Positions 62,141 to 64,000 of a stretch of DNA of 64,000 nucleotides are shown here, piece after piece. Positions within the stretch are counted from its first letter, which is position 1. Each line of letters starts with the position of its first letter. A program made the translations under genes and the position numbers. Below the pieces are notes generated by a model. The model worked only from the letters and a program-made list of their open reading frames with translations, was not told the origin of the DNA and made no database searches. The DNA is taken from NCBI GenBank assembly GCA_029953675.1, contig JAMWBK010000005.1, positions 2,728,001 through 2,792,000 of the forward strand, written 5' to 3'. The DNA is from Rhodosorus marinus CCMP1338. Taxonomy: Eukaryota; Plantae; Rhodophyta.

Positions 62141-63017
62141 CTCCGTAAACCAATCCCCAAAAAGCGGCAAAACTCAATTAACTCTCTCTGTCTGACTTTC
62201 CTCCTCTAAAACAATCTTAACTTCAAGCAGTACCCAAGATTTCCGTACACGGATCCCAAAGCTCAACCTATATACCCCTCCAATCCCTTCTAACCATCTT
62301 TTACCAAAATCGCCAACGACCAAATACCAAAACGATCTCTCCATACCCCCAAAAAACTACAAAAAACAACGAATCTTCCCAAACGGGAAATCAAGTTCAA
62401 TCATAATCCTCCCATTATTCAATCAAAATATTGTACTATTTGAAAGAAATTATTATATTGACTGATCTCGACTAGCTCGAACCAATAGGAAGGACTGGCA
62501 GCGGAAAAATTCCGCACAGCTGTTTTTTTTGGCAAAGGTTTCCATCTTTGCGATAGTCGCGGGGGGCACGCCCAGAGGCGCTGGATTGACGCGACCGTGT
62601 GAGCCTGTAACTAGCGTGGTTCATTGAAGCCGTGGGGTGTTAACCGGGGCTTTCGAACATAGCGAGTAACTCTGGCTTTTGCAGCGTGACTCTGGCAAAA
62701 GCGCAAGTGGCTCCGTGCGGGCTTTTTTGTTTCGGATGTAAAACGTTAACAAGAGTGGCTGTGCTGGTTCTGGTCAATGCGTCTCCTTCCTATTGGTTTG
62801 AGCTAAGAAAACCCCTTGCGACTATTAAGCACATACTGTAGGAAGTAGCGCGAATCAGGGCTTCCCTTGTATACGCCTGGTTGCTGTGGTTCTGTCCATG
62901 AGCAGACCTTGTTCACGGGAATTACAGGGGATAAATTTTAATCAATCGAATAAAATTATCGAGCGCGATGGAAGAGTGACAAAGAATTGGTCTCTTTCAT
63001 CTAAGGTGAGGAGTAGT

Positions 63018-63320
63018 GAGAGTTTTTAGGCTGCTTGCAACAGCATTGTTCCATGGTTTCCTCGTCGCATAGTACGCTTCATGAGCGCTCTAGGGCGAGC
63101 GATTTGATGCCACAAATCGTTGTTGTGGACTTGGACCTGAGTTGTTGTTCTGTCCATGAGCGAGATAAGGACCAAAGCCTGAAGAGTTTTAGCTCCATGG
63201 AGTGGGGTGGAACTGCCAACTCTGGCCCTAGAGTATTTATTGGGAGCGATCTATTCCCGTGAATCGCTGTTGGGGACTTGGACCGGAGTTGTTGTCCAGT
63301 CGATGAGTGACATAAGGATA
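63018..63320. repeat. Diverged tandem duplication, period ~147 bp, with a partial third copy near 62881
   Basis: GAGCGAT..AATCG(T/C)TGTTG(T/G)GGACTTGGACC(T/G)GAGTTGTTGT..GATGAG..ATAAGGA occurs at ~63097 and ~63244. TTCTGTCCATGAGC also occurs at ~62890. Confidence 0.8.
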
Positions 63321-64000
63321 CGACAAGTCCTATAGATTATGTGCATAGGAGGTTAAGACGCTACCATTAAACAGACAATTCAAAAGCTTTGCTGGGTAGG
63401 GATTGTGATACATTTATTTTAAATGTTTATTATTCGTTGAATGTGGGCCCCACATCGCGGTGCGTTCATTGAAAACTGAGTAGATTATGAGGTGGTGGTT
63501 TTACTAGTGGATTTTGAGGCGGAACGCAAAATAAAACCCTTTGACCTTTTCTTCTATTCTGCAACCATCCTCGTTTCTTTGAATATGTTCACTGGGCGTG
63601 CGTCGAATGTTCTGGAGGCTGTTCTCTGCCGGACGAACCCGACAATGTGTGGTTCGTTTCTAGGCTCGTGCAAGCGTTTTGACAGCGCTGTCAAGCACAA
63701 ATGCTCTAAATAGCTGCGGTGTTAATATCCCCTAGACATCACTTGGCAAACTCGACTCAAACTTGAGCTGGTAGGATACAACGAAAATTTGCCTTCTTCA
63801 CGTAGTTTCTACGCTGGTTTATCCATTCCGTATCGGAACCGTCAAGCCCACAAAGCATGGAACCTACGCACAAACGTTGCTTCGAGATGAAGAAACTTCA
63901 ATAAATAGGTGTAAATGTTTTGCAACTCCATCGCCTGACTTGTAGACGTGGCGTGAAGTGGTGTTCTATTCCGTTTTCTCTCTACATTGTTGTTCAGAAC

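Noticed and set aside
1-64000. CRISPR arrays, rRNA and prokaryotic operons or defence systems
   Set aside because: No repeat-spacer arrays or rRNA motifs, and the genes carry spliceosomal introns, so this is eukaryotic nuclear DNA.

Overview
Compact eukaryotic nuclear DNA with about 20 supportable protein-coding genes. Most are split by short GT-AG introns (~45-140 nt), so the six-frame ORF track fragments them. Genes were reassembled by hand from splice sites and motifs. Plastid-type transit peptides (M-x-A/G-F starts), an STN7-like kinase, plastid BolA4, a CBM20 starch-binding protein and a hemerythrin-like orphan family suggest an alga, most likely a red alga (inference). Housekeeping genes include OTUD6B, a SANT co-repressor, RNR large subunit, DHX35, PHOSPHO-like phosphatase, ANTH, TXNDC9, IWR1-like, UTP10, MZT1, ALKBH2, GINS2, an atypical SDR, citrate synthase and a Kv-beta/KAB1 aldo-keto reductase with a disrupted tandem copy. 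Intergenic DNA alternates between AT-rich promoter cores with strand-skewed G/T-rich leaders and decayed relics (CRE-like non-LTR, Copia fragments, degenerate tandem repeats). No CRISPR, rRNA or convincing tRNA was found. I found no clearly new multi-gene system. The best leads are a perfect 36-bp CCAAT palindrome, the doubly-lesioned AKR duplicate, a collagen-like repeat in the SANT protein, a ligand-less hemerythrin-like protein, a membrane-anchor-less STN7-like kinase, a small gene with a possible in-frame TGA, and a candidate structured RNA.
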